From: Mytilus californianus
Taxonomy: Eukaryota
Length of the DNA stretch: 64,000 nt
Reading direction: 5' to 3'
Assembly: GCF_021869535.1 (NCBI RefSeq)
Contig: NW_026262723.1
Coordinates: forward strand, 17,546,001-17,610,000
A model generated the notes under the pieces. That model ran no database searches. It saw only the letters and a list, made by a program, of their open reading frames with translations, and was not told where the DNA came from. The translations under genes and the position numbers were made by a program. Shown one piece after another: positions 1 through 12,380 of this stretch (positions within the stretch are counted from its first letter, which is position 1; every line of letters starts with the position of its first letter).

Positions 1-742
1 ACATGGTACACCAAGGGCAGAAATATTGAAAGTCCGATACATGACATTAGATCATATGTACTCCAAACAATCATGTTACATGGTACACCAAGGGCAGAAA
101 TATTGAAAGTCCGATACATGACATTAGATCATATGTACTCCAAACAATCATGTTACATGGTACACCAAGGGCAGAAATATTGAAAGTCCGATACATGACA
201 TTAGATCATATGTACTCCAAACAATCATGTTACATGGTACACCAAGGGCAGAAATATTGAAAGTCCGATACATGACATTAGATCATATGTACTCCAAACA
301 ATCATGTTACATGGTACACCAAGGGCAGAATATTGAAAGTCCGATACATGAGATTAGATCATATGTACTCCAAACAATCATGTTACATGGTACACCAAGG
401 GCAGAAATATTGAAAGTCCGATACATGACATTAGATCATATGTACTCCAAACAATCATGTTACATGGTACACCAAGGGCAGAAATATTGAAAGTCCGATA
501 CATGACATTAGATCATATGTACTCCAAACAATCATGTTACATGGTACACCAAGGGCAGAAATATTGAAAGTCCGATACATGACATTAGATCATATGTACT
601 CCAAACAATCATGTTACATGGTACACCAAGGGCAGAAATATTGAAAGTCCGATACATGACATTAGATCATATGTACTCCAAACAATCATGTTACATGGTA
701 CACCAAGGGCAGAAATATTGAAAGTCCGATATATGACATTAG
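1..742. repeat. 77-bp tandem repeat, about 9.6 copies (truncated by window start)
   Basis: Unit ACATGGTACACCAAGGGCAGAAATATTGAAAGTCCGATACATGACATTAGATCATATGTACTCCAAACAATCATGTT recurs at 1, 78, 155... with few substitutions. Confidence 0.97.
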
Positions 743-1464
743 TAGTGTTAGTATGAAAATAATGAAAATTTCAAAACATGAACTGTACACTGTCTAGTAT
801 GCCCTCTTTTAGAGCGACTGTCAGAATTGGCATTTTGTTATCTATTTACCCTGATTACTTATTTTTGAATGTCAGTATCTCATAATTGTTCAAAAATCAA
901 ATATACAAGATTCTGTCGTTATTTTGACGAATCATACGCACGTATCAGAAATTTGAAGTATCAAAAGTTGAAGATCAATTTACCTAAAATTATGCAAAGA
1001 GACGCTAAAATTACCAAATGAACAACTTTGCAGTATCTGAACACACTACTTATAAACACTGCCTAAACCAGGCAGTGTAATTCCTTTCGGGACTCATTGA
1101 TCACAAGCAATTACATCGACTGAGTGGTATAGTGAGACAAAATTATCAAACCCGCATTATTTGATGCAACGTATATTATGCTCGCATTAAAAAAAAAATT
1201 CTCATAAGTATTGTGCTAGAGATATGGAAATCCAAAGCTCAAAGATCACAAATGTTGAAGAAAAATGAACTGAAGATAACACAAAATGTACCCAAAATAT
1301 CAGCTAACCAAAATGGACTGCCGGGTTACCTGTCCTTTATTTATTAGACTCAGATACCCGTATCTTACAAGGGGGAGAACCAGCTTATTAGCCAAATCAC
1401 GTAAGATATTACTTCCGTTCGCACAACGCATGTTTCACCCCCAGTTTTTGGTGGGGTTCGTGTT

Positions 1465-1758
1465 GCTGTTGTACCCCTATTTGTGACATTTTTACCTATT
1501 GTGTTTGTTTTGTTTACACATCGTTGTCAATATAATGGAATTTGATGCGACTGTCATACAAGTGAGAGGTTTAGTTAGCTTTAAAACCAGGTTCTATACA
1601 CCATTTTCTACATAAGAAAATGCCTGTACCAAGTCAGGAATATGACAGTTGTTATCCATTCGTTTGATGTGTTTGAGCTTTTGATTTTGCCATTTGATTA
1701 GGGAATTTCCTTTTTGAATTTTCCTCGGAGTTCAGTATTTTTGTGATTTTACTTTTTT
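1465..1758 (+). mobile_element. Interspersed repeat matching the 3' end of the Penelope-like element at 13030-14900
   Basis: Reverse complement of 13030-13330 (GTCATACAAGTGAGAGGTTTAG...CCATTTTCTACATAAG...GTACCAAGTCAGGAATATGACAGTTG...CCTCGGAGTTCAG). Confidence 0.8.
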
Positions 1759-1789
1759 CTACTATAACCTTCAGGGGATGATCTCCAGA

Positions 1790-4700
1790 ATCGCACAACG
1801 CATGTTTCTGAAATAACCTTCAGGAGATGACCTCCAGAATCGCACAATGCATGTTTCTGGAATAACATTCATGCAAACCAGAACAAATGTTTTCAAAAGC
1901 AAACAAATAAAATGTTACCGAGATACTAAGTTTTATTCCTATGACACAATTTCATAAAAACTGGAAGATTTCAAACAAAATGTTTCATTTGAATTTTGTC
2001 AATGAATACCTGTGAAGACCATAGAAATTTTTAAAAAATCAACAAGTTTCTTAATGTCATAGAAAAATATTTCCAATAGAAAACAAACTATGTTGGCCAA
2101 TGGTACATTTAGTGGCAGAATATGTTGATACACGAGACGCGTGTTCGAAAATTTGATTCTAGTAACCAATAATTCGAAGTCCGGAATCATCAAATAAACG
2201 GTATTTTAGTTTCTATTAGTTACTGTTAATAATTAGTTGGCAATGTTAACACATCTTTTCGAACTTCTCCCGCGTTTTATTACGTTAAACTTTGCTTATT
2301 TTCAAAACTTAAATACCATGCATATTTATTTTTTTTTCAAAATGTAGAGTTGAAATTATGAAGATAGTCTGCGCAGAAAATTCTTGTACTTTTCATAAAC
2401 GTAGAATAATTTCCTTCGTAGCTGAAAAAAATGCTCACAGATTCATTCAAACATGACATTTTATAACTATAAAATACCATGAATTAATCATATACGATAA
2501 TTTTGATAGTTATTTTATAATCATTCGTCTCTGTATTTTTCTGTTCCATACATTTTATAAATGTTGGCAACTTTCAAGGATTCATATAGTCTTACTAAAT
2601 AAATCGAATATAAGACTATATAAATCCTGGATGGAGGTTAAGGAGCCATGACGTTTTAACTTGAGCTCCGGAGTAAACCTGTATTAAGTTAAAGTCTTCC
2701 TACCCAATCTCTAGTGTTTTTGTTATTGTTTATCCTTTCTTTCCTTTTATTATGGCCTTGTCTTTCTTAGCATTATTATTTACTTTCTCGGCATCTTCAC
2801 TCAACTCCCAAATTAAACTTCAAACATTGACCCATCAGACACTAATTTTGAGTCCATAACATGTGTTTGTTCAAATAGTATGATCGTTATAGCTTTTATT
2901 TATTAAACGAAAATCACATTTTATGAAAAGACATAAAAACGACTTTAGATTTGATTTATTTAATCTATATTTCTATACTATAATTAGTATATATGTTTTA
3001 CCATTTTTTTATTCTTCTAACGTTCAGTTGTGTTCTGTTTAGATATTTGGTTTTTTTTTTGGTTTTTTTTTCGTAGGAGTAGACAAATATCTTTATTAAT
3101 GCAGCTCGCTTTTTTTATTTAGGACCTTTTTAAATCCTTAAATGAAGCATTAAACCTTAACGAGATACAGACGGTTGACCTTTGAAATGATCTCTGAGTA
3201 TATTGACCTCTAAGAAAGATTCCCGTCTGGGTAATTTTATTTACTTGAATGTCCAAGATTATGGTTATTCTCTTAAATCCCATAAGTATTCAAACATTAC
3301 TTACAGTTCGAATCTTAGCCGTTATTAGTGCTCAATTACACTTTTTCAGAAAAAATCAGCGTTTCCAAGATTACGGAGGACAAAAACGGAGTGCAAATGT
3401 ACCACGTTGAATAAGAAGAAAAGGCGTAGGTTTGATGCAGCAAGGGGTCACTAATAACGCTGTCAGCTTCATTTAAATCAGACAACATATAGCGAAGGTT
3501 AGAATTTTAATAAAAACAACATTCATGTTATTAGTTTCAAGTCTATCAAGGTCTTTCATATTCTTCATAATTATAAGATCTTGCGTATGTATTTGTTTTG
3601 TCTAAGGAAATTAATCAAAATAAGCACACTTTCCAGAGCCAGTGAATCATTTAATTGACTAATGGTTTAATAATAATTCATTGTCGTGAGTTGTTACTAT
3701 TTTGTAACTGGTCGAGCATGTAAATTATGTGTTCAGGGTGCTTGTTATTCTTGTAATATAAAACACAACAACAGAATGACACGCTCTCAACATGCTACAT
3801 AATCCTTGGAAAGTACTATCAGGGGTTGTCGCAAATTTCTTCTATCCGAAATATTTTTATCCAGTTGAAGTCCAACAACCACGCTTCATCCCACTTTGGT
3901 CGACCCGATTTGTAGAGCATATATAGTAGATTTATTGTTAAGGTGTCCTCGTCATGAACATGCATGCATGCATCCAATATGTAATTGATGATTATTTGAC
4001 CTCAACTTCATAATTGTTTTTGTCCATTTAGAATATATCACAATCGTTTGTTCAAATTGATGTGCAATGAACACAAATTGATACAAGATACTCCTTCCCT
4101 CCAAATCCGAAGCGAGACAATCCTTGGTCACTGAATATTTATTTACACTAATTTGATAATGAGTAAAAGAATTATTACTCAGACCGATATCAAGTTGAAT
4201 TTAAACAAAAGAAATGGAACTCTTTATTAGAGAAGGTATACATGTTCAGGTTGGTATATTTGAATTGTTTACACCTGTTTCTATGTGCTTTAAAAGTTTA
4301 ATGTCAGTGCATAATTTAGGATTTTTTGCATCTTATATACGTGTGTATAGTTAGATTATAGTATGGAGCTTCGAGATATGTGAAAACTTTTAAATTAAAG
4401 ACAAATTTTAACTAAACCGTCGATTATGGTAGATGCAAATACATGTGGATCTTTTTTGTGCATGATCATAAATTCCGCCGACAAAACTCACAGAAAGATT
4501 ATAAAAAAAATGATCTTTTTAAAGCATTAATTTGCATCTTTACCCCCTGGCAACTTTTTTTTGGGGGGAATCTTTAAAATAGGCAATAATTTCATCGAAA
4601 AGAGAAAGTCGGGTACACATTTTTTTATGTTCAGGCGTGATTGAGTTGACTGTTTTACTCCAAAACGTATAAAGCAAAAATATTTGATACATCATCTTGC

Positions 4701-6780
4701 TTCAGATTCCATTATTTTTATATATTTAGGCTACGTGTTGAATTAAGAGCCTTCAAAAATCACAGTACCAAGAAATAAAGTATATGGGCAAGTAATGAGT
4801 CATAACAACAGAGTAGGTGTGTTTGAATAACACATTGAAATAAATGCTTCATGCTAATACAAATGTTAAAATTTGAGGAGTATTTCTTACTTGTATTCTA
4901 TTTTATTTTCGTTATTTCATTTTTCAATTAAAATTAGTCATAAAATTGTTTTATTCATCAAATGTACTAAAACAAACAAAAGTCGAACAAACAGTGCACT
5001 AACACCCCTTTAATTTTTACTGAAAATCCTTGACGACAGACTTTACAAGTGGATCTTAAAAATGCATTACTTCAAAAAAATTGTGTGTGTATTATCCAAG
5101 GTAATTCGTCTTTAACCTCTGAAAATTTTCAGTCTACACTTTCACGAAATATTAGATTTGAATTTTTTTAATGTTTTTTGAACTTTCGGAACCTTACCCT
5201 GACAACCGATCAGACAATACTTTTAAGTTGACAAAAAGCCTAAAGGTATACTGAATGATGCTTAATAGCTAATAGATACATTTGTCTTTTAAAATACAAT
5301 TGTCATGTAAGAATGGTAATGATGCTATGTGGATAAAATCGGTTTGCAAGAGCTAAATTGTCTGCACGTCATCCCTACAATGGCTTCCAATTTCGCGATT
5401 GAAAAAAATAGGTGGCGCAATGGGGAGATGATTTTGACGAATAAGAATCCTGACTGTTCTATAATTGAAAAGTATGATTTTCAAGAGCACCGTGGTATTA
5501 AAAATGAAACCATGAGGCTTCATTAAACTTTGGAACAAGCATAATTTATGAACAGTATATTCCGGTAGAATTCATGACATATCAAAAGTAATGTCGCGAT
5601 CAGAATGATTTTGGCATCGTCCATTACCGCTGAACTAGTATACATTATTGTTTGGGGACCAGCTGAAGCCAGCTTCCTGATGCGGTTTTTTCTTGTTGTG
5701 TTGAAGACCCATTGGTGATCTTGGGCTGTTTTCTGCTCTTTTGTCTGGTTGTTGTCTTTTTGACACATTCCCCGTTTCCTTTCTCAAATATAAACAATAA
5801 TAGAACAAAACGAAGGACACATGCGATTATAAAAAACGTATAAATATAGATGTGCACAACACGTGTTTCTGATATGACCTTTAACCCTATCTTCTTCCAG
5901 TTTGTTCGACATCAAAAGTTTCGACAGTCAAATACAATTTGGAGAGCACAATGAATAAAAGGCAAAAAAAAAAGATCAGGCAAAATCAATAAAGGTAAAC
6001 TGCTTAAAGTTGAAACCTCAGATGTAGCACAATAGTATAATTTTAAAATGTAAAGTTACAGACAAAACGTATCATTTGAATTATGCCAATAACGAAGCAC
6101 TGGCTACTGGTACCCTAGGATACTGAGATAGTCCACTAGCAGTGATGCCCACCCTTCCCTTTCCCCAAAGATCTAGTAAAACGTTTATTCTCGTTCTAAC
6201 TTGATAATGATCCGCCATAGGTATATTTAGAACCCAGTGAACCAAGTCCTATAGAGATCAATAACTTTATAGTTAGTATCTTTTACCTTACTGTCACCAT
6301 TCCTTAGTTTGAATACTGATTCGTATAAAAGATAACATGAATCACCAAAATTTTTATGACAGTACAACAGATCACATCAACTCCTGCCTCATTTAAAAAG
6401 ATAGATATACAAACCAAGAACAAAACCGAACAACACATGATACACCTATTTTTTTTCCATTATCCATACCTGCCTACTTTTCAAAATCTCCACGCTGTTA
6501 TTACCATAAGTGTTTTTAATCTACTTCTAAATTGTTTGAATGAATATGTGTGTGCTTAATTACCCTTTTAACTCATTTTAATGTCTGTTTTGAGGTGTTC
6601 AAGTTATAAAATAAAGAATTTCAAAATTCAGGTGGAGACCTCTCGTGGGGGATATCCCCCATAAATCGGAATAGTTGGCAGGTCTGATTATCAATCTTAA
6701 TATAGCAGCATATTCGTATAATTTGACTTTTTCCAGATTGTGTCCTATTCCCTAACGTGACATTTCATTTTATTTACTTT
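1790..6780. repeat. Tandem segmental duplication, copy A
   Basis: Colinear blocks shared with 6800-9800, e.g. 1800-2545 vs 6802-7560, 2985-4130 vs 7575-8770, 5480-5620 vs 8815-8945, 6060-6150 vs 9285-9365, 6690-6765 vs 9720-9800. Confidence 0.92.
3480..4000 (-). pseudogene. Possible decayed TIR-like coding remnant, copy A
   Basis: Manual translation across frameshifts: ACMHVHDEDTLTINLLYMLYKSG...IEEICDNP/DSTFQGLCSMLRACHSVVVF.../KHPEHIIYMLD. This resembles the TIR betaA-alphaA-BB-alphaB-betaC pattern (compare PGQDYNNTLQNCLRCISKLVIILS in the 12077 gene). Multiple stops and frameshifts. Confidence 0.3.
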
Positions 6781-6799
6781 TGTTATTCTCTATTTTCAT

Positions 6800-9700
6800 A
6801 GACGCATGTTTCTGGAATAACCTCCAGGAGATGACCTCCAGAATTGCACAACGCATGTTTCTGAAATAACATTCATGCAAACCAGAACAAATGTTTTCAA
6901 AAGCAAACATATAAAACGTTACCGAGATACTAAGTTTTATTCCTATGACACAATTTCATAAAAATTTGAAGATTTCAGACAAAATATTTCATTTGAATTA
7001 TGTCAATGAATACCTGTAAAGACCATAGAATTTTTTTTTAAAAATCAACAAGTTTCTTAGTCATAGAAAAATATTTCCAATAGAAAACAAATTATGTTGG
7101 CCAATGGTACATTTAGTGGCAGCATATATTGATACATGAGACGCGTGTTCGAAAATTAAATTCTAGTAGGTTGTACTTTGAACCAATAATTCGAAGTCCG
7201 GAATCATCAAATAAACGGTATTTTCGTTTCTATTAGTTACTGTTAATAATAAGTTGGCAATGTTAACACATCTTTTCGAACTTCTCCCGCGTTGTATTAC
7301 GTTAAACTTTGCTTATTTTCAAAACTTAAATACCATGCATATTTATTTTTTTTTTTAAAGAGTTGAAATTATGAAGATAGTCTGCGCAGAAAATTCTTGT
7401 ACTTTTCATAAACGTAGAATAATTTCCTTCGTAGCTGAAAAAAATGCTCACAGATTCATTCAAACATGACATTTTATAACTATAAAATACCATGAATTAA
7501 TCATATACGATAATTTTGATAGTTTTTTTTTTTTAATCATTCGTCTCTATATTTTCTGTTCAAAACATTTTATATTTGTATATATGTTTTATCATTTTTT
7601 GATTCTTCTAACGTTCGGTTGTGTTCTGTTTAGATATTTGTTTTATTGGGTTTTTTTTTCGTAGGAGTAGACAAATATCTTTATTAATGCAGCTCGCTTT
7701 TTTATTTAGGACCTTTTCAAATCCTTAAATGAAGCATCAAACCTTAACGAGATACAGACGATTGACCTTTGAAATGATCTCTGAGTATATTGACCTCTCA
7801 GAAAGATTCCCGTCTGGGTAATTTTATTTACTTGAATGTCCAAGATTACGGTTATTCTCTTAAATCCCATAACATTACTTACAGTTCGAATCTTAGCCGT
7901 TATTAATGCTCAATTACACTTTTTCAGAAAAAATCAGCGTTTCCAAGATTACGGAGGACAAAAACGGAGTGCAAATGCACCACGTTGAATAAGAAGAAAA
8001 GGCGTAGGTTTGATACAGCAAGGGGTCACTAATAACGCTGTCAACTTCATTTAAATCAGACAACATATAGCGATGGTTAGAATATAAAAAAAAACAATAT
8101 TCATGTTATTTGTTCCAAGTCCATCAAGGTCTTTCATATTCTTGATAATTACAAGATCTTGGGTATACATTTGTTTTTGTCTAAGTAAATCAATCAAAAT
8201 AAGCAAACTCTCTGGAGCCAGAGAATCATAATAGAACCAAATTGCATAATGGTTTATATACAGGCACTTCATGATAATTCATTGTCGTAAATTATTACTA
8301 TTTTGTAAAGGTCAAGCATGTATATTATGCGTTGAGGATGCTTTAAATTATTTCTTGTAATATAACCCAATCTCGTTTCGATAGAGTGACACGCTCTCAA
8401 AAAGCTACAGAATCCTTGTAAAGCACTTTCAGGGTTCTGTACGCGACTTGGTTGCAAGACCAAATTTCTTCTCCTATCTAACATCTTCTCTTTTTCAAGT
8501 TGAAATTCAAATTTCCTACGCTTCATACCACTTTGTTTGACCCAATTTGTAGAACATGTATATTAGATTTATTGTTAATTTGTTCTCGTCATGAATGAAA
8601 TATATAATCTTTGGATATTTGACCTCAATTCCATATTTTTTTCTATTTCATTTATCATATATCACAATCTTTTGTTCACATTAATGTTCATGAGAACATA
8701 TGTTAACACAAGCTACCCCACCTCTCCCTCAATCCAAAGCGAGACAACCCTTGGACACTGTATAATTACACTAATTTGTATCTGGGTAAAGGAATCATAG
8801 CTATAATTGAACGTGTGATTTTTAAGAGAACCATAGTGTTAATACTGAAATGATAAGGCTTCATTATACATCGGAACAAGCATAGTATCATATAATTCGG
8901 TAGAATGTATGACACGTTATATTTAACGTAATGTCCCGATCGGCATTGCCTCGGCACTTTCCGCCTTCATTCGAGTGTTGTTCGATGGGTCAGGTCAAAT
9001 ATAATATATATATTCTTGAATATAACATTAACTTTCAATACGGTTCGTAAACCTTTTTTTAGCATGGTTAGTTGAGGAAATACAGGCAACAAATAAAGGA
9101 AACATACCGTTGAAAAAATATGATACCCATGTTCACAGCACGTGTTTCTCGATTGACCTTCATCAACAGTCAAACACAAAAAATTGGAAGAGCACAATAA
9201 CAAAAATGCTAAAAAATATTAGGAATAATAAATTAAGGTATACTGGTTAAAAGAGTTAAAACCTCGCATTTAGCCTAATTTTATGAATGTATCATTTGAA
9301 TTATGCCAACGAAACACTGGCAACTGATACCCTAGGGTACTGAGATAGTCCACCAGCAGCGGTGCCTACCCCCACCCCTCAAGTTGTAGTTAAACGTATA
9401 TGATTTTCGTGCGAACGTTACGTGCTTTTTTAAATAACAGTCATTGGGATACAATCCGTCGTAGGTATATTCAGTACCAGTGAACTAAGCCCTTATGGAG
9501 ATCACATTACTTTAGGGTTAGTGTCTTTTACCTTAGTATCACTAATCCTTGACTTAAATACTGATACATAACAAGGATAACAGGAATCACCCAAATGTAT
9601 TGGACAGTAAAACAGACCACTACAACCACTAACACCTGACTCATTCAAACAGATAGACTTACAAAAAAAAAAGAAAAACATCAACGAACAACACATGACC

Positions 9701-9800
9701 CAGCTAGTTTTTTTCCATTATCAGTCTTAATATAGCAGAATAGTCGTATAATCTGAATTTTTTTCTAGATTGTGTCTTACTCCCTAACGTGACACTTTGA
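6800..9800. repeat. Tandem segmental duplication, copy B (shorter; lacks equivalents of about 2550-2980 and 4150-5450 of copy A)
   Basis: Same colinear blocks as copy A. Confidence 0.92.
8051..8660 (-). pseudogene. Possible decayed TIR-like coding remnant, copy B
   Basis: ORF 8269..8526 contains NPESALQGFCSFLRACHS and HPQRIIYMLD; an upstream frame reads KIIYFIHDENKLTINLIYMFYKLG. Homologous to 3480-4000. Confidence 0.3.
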
Positions 9801-10534
9801 AACTGTATTTTCATAGCGGGTGGTACATTAATATAAGGAGACTCTTATCCTGTCGACGCATCTGATCCCTCTCCCTTTGGAGTTCGTTCGAACTTAAGGT
9901 TGTTCACCTTTTTTGTTAATTCACGATTGATTTAGGAAATAAAAACATTCAAAGTTGCCTTTATATAAAGAAACTCTGATATGAACCTCATGCGTTTGTG
10001 TACCATGGGAGAAATATTCACAGTTATTAATAGTCTTTCAAACACGAGTATGTTTCGCGGCTATAGATATATCTCACATGTATATGTCTCCCATTGTGCC
10101 TTTCGGTGAGATTGTAGCTACGCAACACCCTCTCATTTGAAATGCAGTCGATAATCTATAACTAAAAGTATATTTAGCTATAAGTCTGATGTTACTTATT
10201 TTTCAAATCGTTTTATTAAGTCGTTCGGTTACTGTAATTGACATTTATCCCACATAACCTTTTATTTAAGTTTGCATTGCTTCCTGTTATTTTTTCCTAC
10301 TATTTACATTGACAACTACCTAGTTGATTGCTAGAAGCCTTCCGAATGACCCCCATTCCATTCTGATGTACAATAGTGTGGGTTCAACTTATATTAACTA
10401 TAATTATGTTAATAAGTAGATTTGATCTGATATTACTATTTTGATCATGTTTGATATACTTGTAATAAGAGAAGATCAAGTGTGTTGTTCGCCGTTTGTT
10501 TTGCAAGCTACTCTAGCAGTTGTTGTAAACTGTT

Positions 10535-12077
10535 TTATATGTTTTCGTGTTTTCTAATCTCAATTTCCAAATAAGGCTCTATTTCATATGAGACGTCTGC
10601 TCCGCTATCTACAGTATTGTCAACGAAGTTCCTCAAGTAAGAACAATCGGGAGATAATTTCCGATGGAGTTTCATAGGTTGTAAGCAGTTTTGAATGTTT
10701 GCTAAACCGAGGTTACAAGAATGGCATATGACATCTTCTGCTATTCCACAGTAATAAAAACCAGCTTCAGTAAAACGATTGATGACGTCATCATCGATGC
10801 AATAACTTGTTTCTGCGTTTAAAATCTGTTTGAAAGATTGTACTCTACCTTCTATAGTCTTCAAATCCTCATTGCAGATTTTTGTCGAATGTCCGCTTGA
10901 CACGTCCACATTTTTACTGAGAATGAAAGTGCAGTTTTGATAGTATTTTTTTATGAGCAACCATTGGATCTGCATCAGAATTCCAAGATCTAATGCAGCC
11001 GCCACAACTAAAACACTGGACATAATCTGAAGTATGAAGGTTAAAAAATCCGGCTCTAGATAATTTGATACGAAACTCCTTGACCTGAATTGGAAAGTCT
11101 TCAAATGTATCCACACGAGATTGAAAAGTTTTAAACTTGGGAAAACATATAGATTCCCTACCTTCTTCACGTTTTTTCGCGTTATTCTGTTTAAAAGGAT
11201 TTAATGAAAGCTCGCTTGATTCATTGTGTTTAATTCCATTCCGTCTATAATGATACCAACTCTGTTTACAAACATTTTTTCGTAAAATTTCAAAAATTTC
11301 GAACAGATCTGAATTTAGTTGTTTGTTTATTTGTAATCCTTCCAGGTCAAACCTTTTTATATCGCAAATTCTTATGAATCTAAACTGTTTCTGATGAAAT
11401 AGACTATTATACAGATTCAAAAGACAAATCGGTTGTGTATTGCCAATACCCAATAAAGTGTTTATATGAAAGTTTACTTTGTCATCGTGTATATCTAGCC
11501 CCCATCCACGTAAAACATCCATTGCAATCTTGTCTTTTTGTCGCAATTCTTCTTCCATTTCAATTATTCGAAGATGTAAAACTTTTCCAAATACCTGACA
11601 GAACAGTTCTAACCTTGCATTGCCTTTATCTGAAGGGTCAGATTTTCTAAGTGCAAGACGAAGTTTAGACCAGTCATCATCCCATGCCTGGAAAGGGATC
11701 ACAGAACTTAAACAAAATGGCAGATCTACTTCATCTGATGTTATAACTGGTATCATATCAACATGTAAGTTTTTGTTTAAAATAAAGCTAACAGCTGTAT
11801 TCACTACACTCGTGAATTGGTCATCTGAAACGGGAGACAGGATTATTACAAGCTTTGAAATACATCTGAGGCAGTTTTGTAAGGTGTTGTTGTAATCCTG
11901 ACCCGGTAGAAAATCTATGTTTGAATTTATGTTGTAAAATCCATCCCTTTTTAAATTTTTAATGAATATTTTTGTCCATTCTTTGTTCGATGACTTCTCA
12001 CTGCACAGGCAAAAAATAGGTACTTCTTCAGGCTGTAATGTTGCTTTCTGTAGGATTAACTCTAGATCGACATTCAT
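10535..12077 (-). CDS. TIR domain + unassigned middle domain + two BIR domains (IAP/BIRC-family), no RING; 513 aa after removing one A from the A7 run (T7 at 10946-10952 on + strand)
   Basis: ORF 10914..12077 gives TIR (PIFCLCS...DFLPGQ...SKLVIILS, about 11645-12026) and BIR1 (RVDTFEDFP...LSRAGF...DYVQCFSC...W...DPMVAH). ORF 10535..11170 supplies KKYYQNC, completing CX2CX16HX6C, and BIR2 (RVQSF...EAGFYY...VICHSC-x16-HRKLSPDC). Splice-acceptor-like TTTTAATATTGCAG lies 10 nt upstream of the ATG. Confidence 0.9.
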
Positions 12078-12380
12078 CTTTGACCTACTGCAATATTAAA
12101 ATTAGTAACTATTTAAGAAAGACATAAAAAACAACACATAAGAAATTTCGTGCGTCCGCTGTGCATTTACGGATCTGCCTTCACAAGAAACGCTTAAATC
12201 GAAACATATGAGTCTTGTGACCAATAAGCTGTTTGATTATCTATAAAACTTTGACTTGATGACATATAAAGCCCTATCTTTTGCAGTTCATCAAAGATTA
12301 GAATAAGAATGTGTAGAAAAACATGAAACATGCTTCAAATAAACTCATCATAGATACATGTACTAGACTTAAAACTGTGT

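Noticed and set aside
227-490. 87-aa ORF
   Set aside because: Translation of the 77-bp tandem repeat; not a credible gene.
11133-11645. STING domain after TIR (as in oyster TIR-STING)
   Set aside because: Only a faint LFCQVFGKVL resemblance; the recognisable STING ligand-binding motifs are absent.
11645-12026. TIR as an NADase (SARM1/plant/bacterial type)
   Set aside because: The alphaC region reads SPVSDDQFTSVVNTA with no WCxxE-type catalytic glutamate, so a scaffold TIR is more likely.
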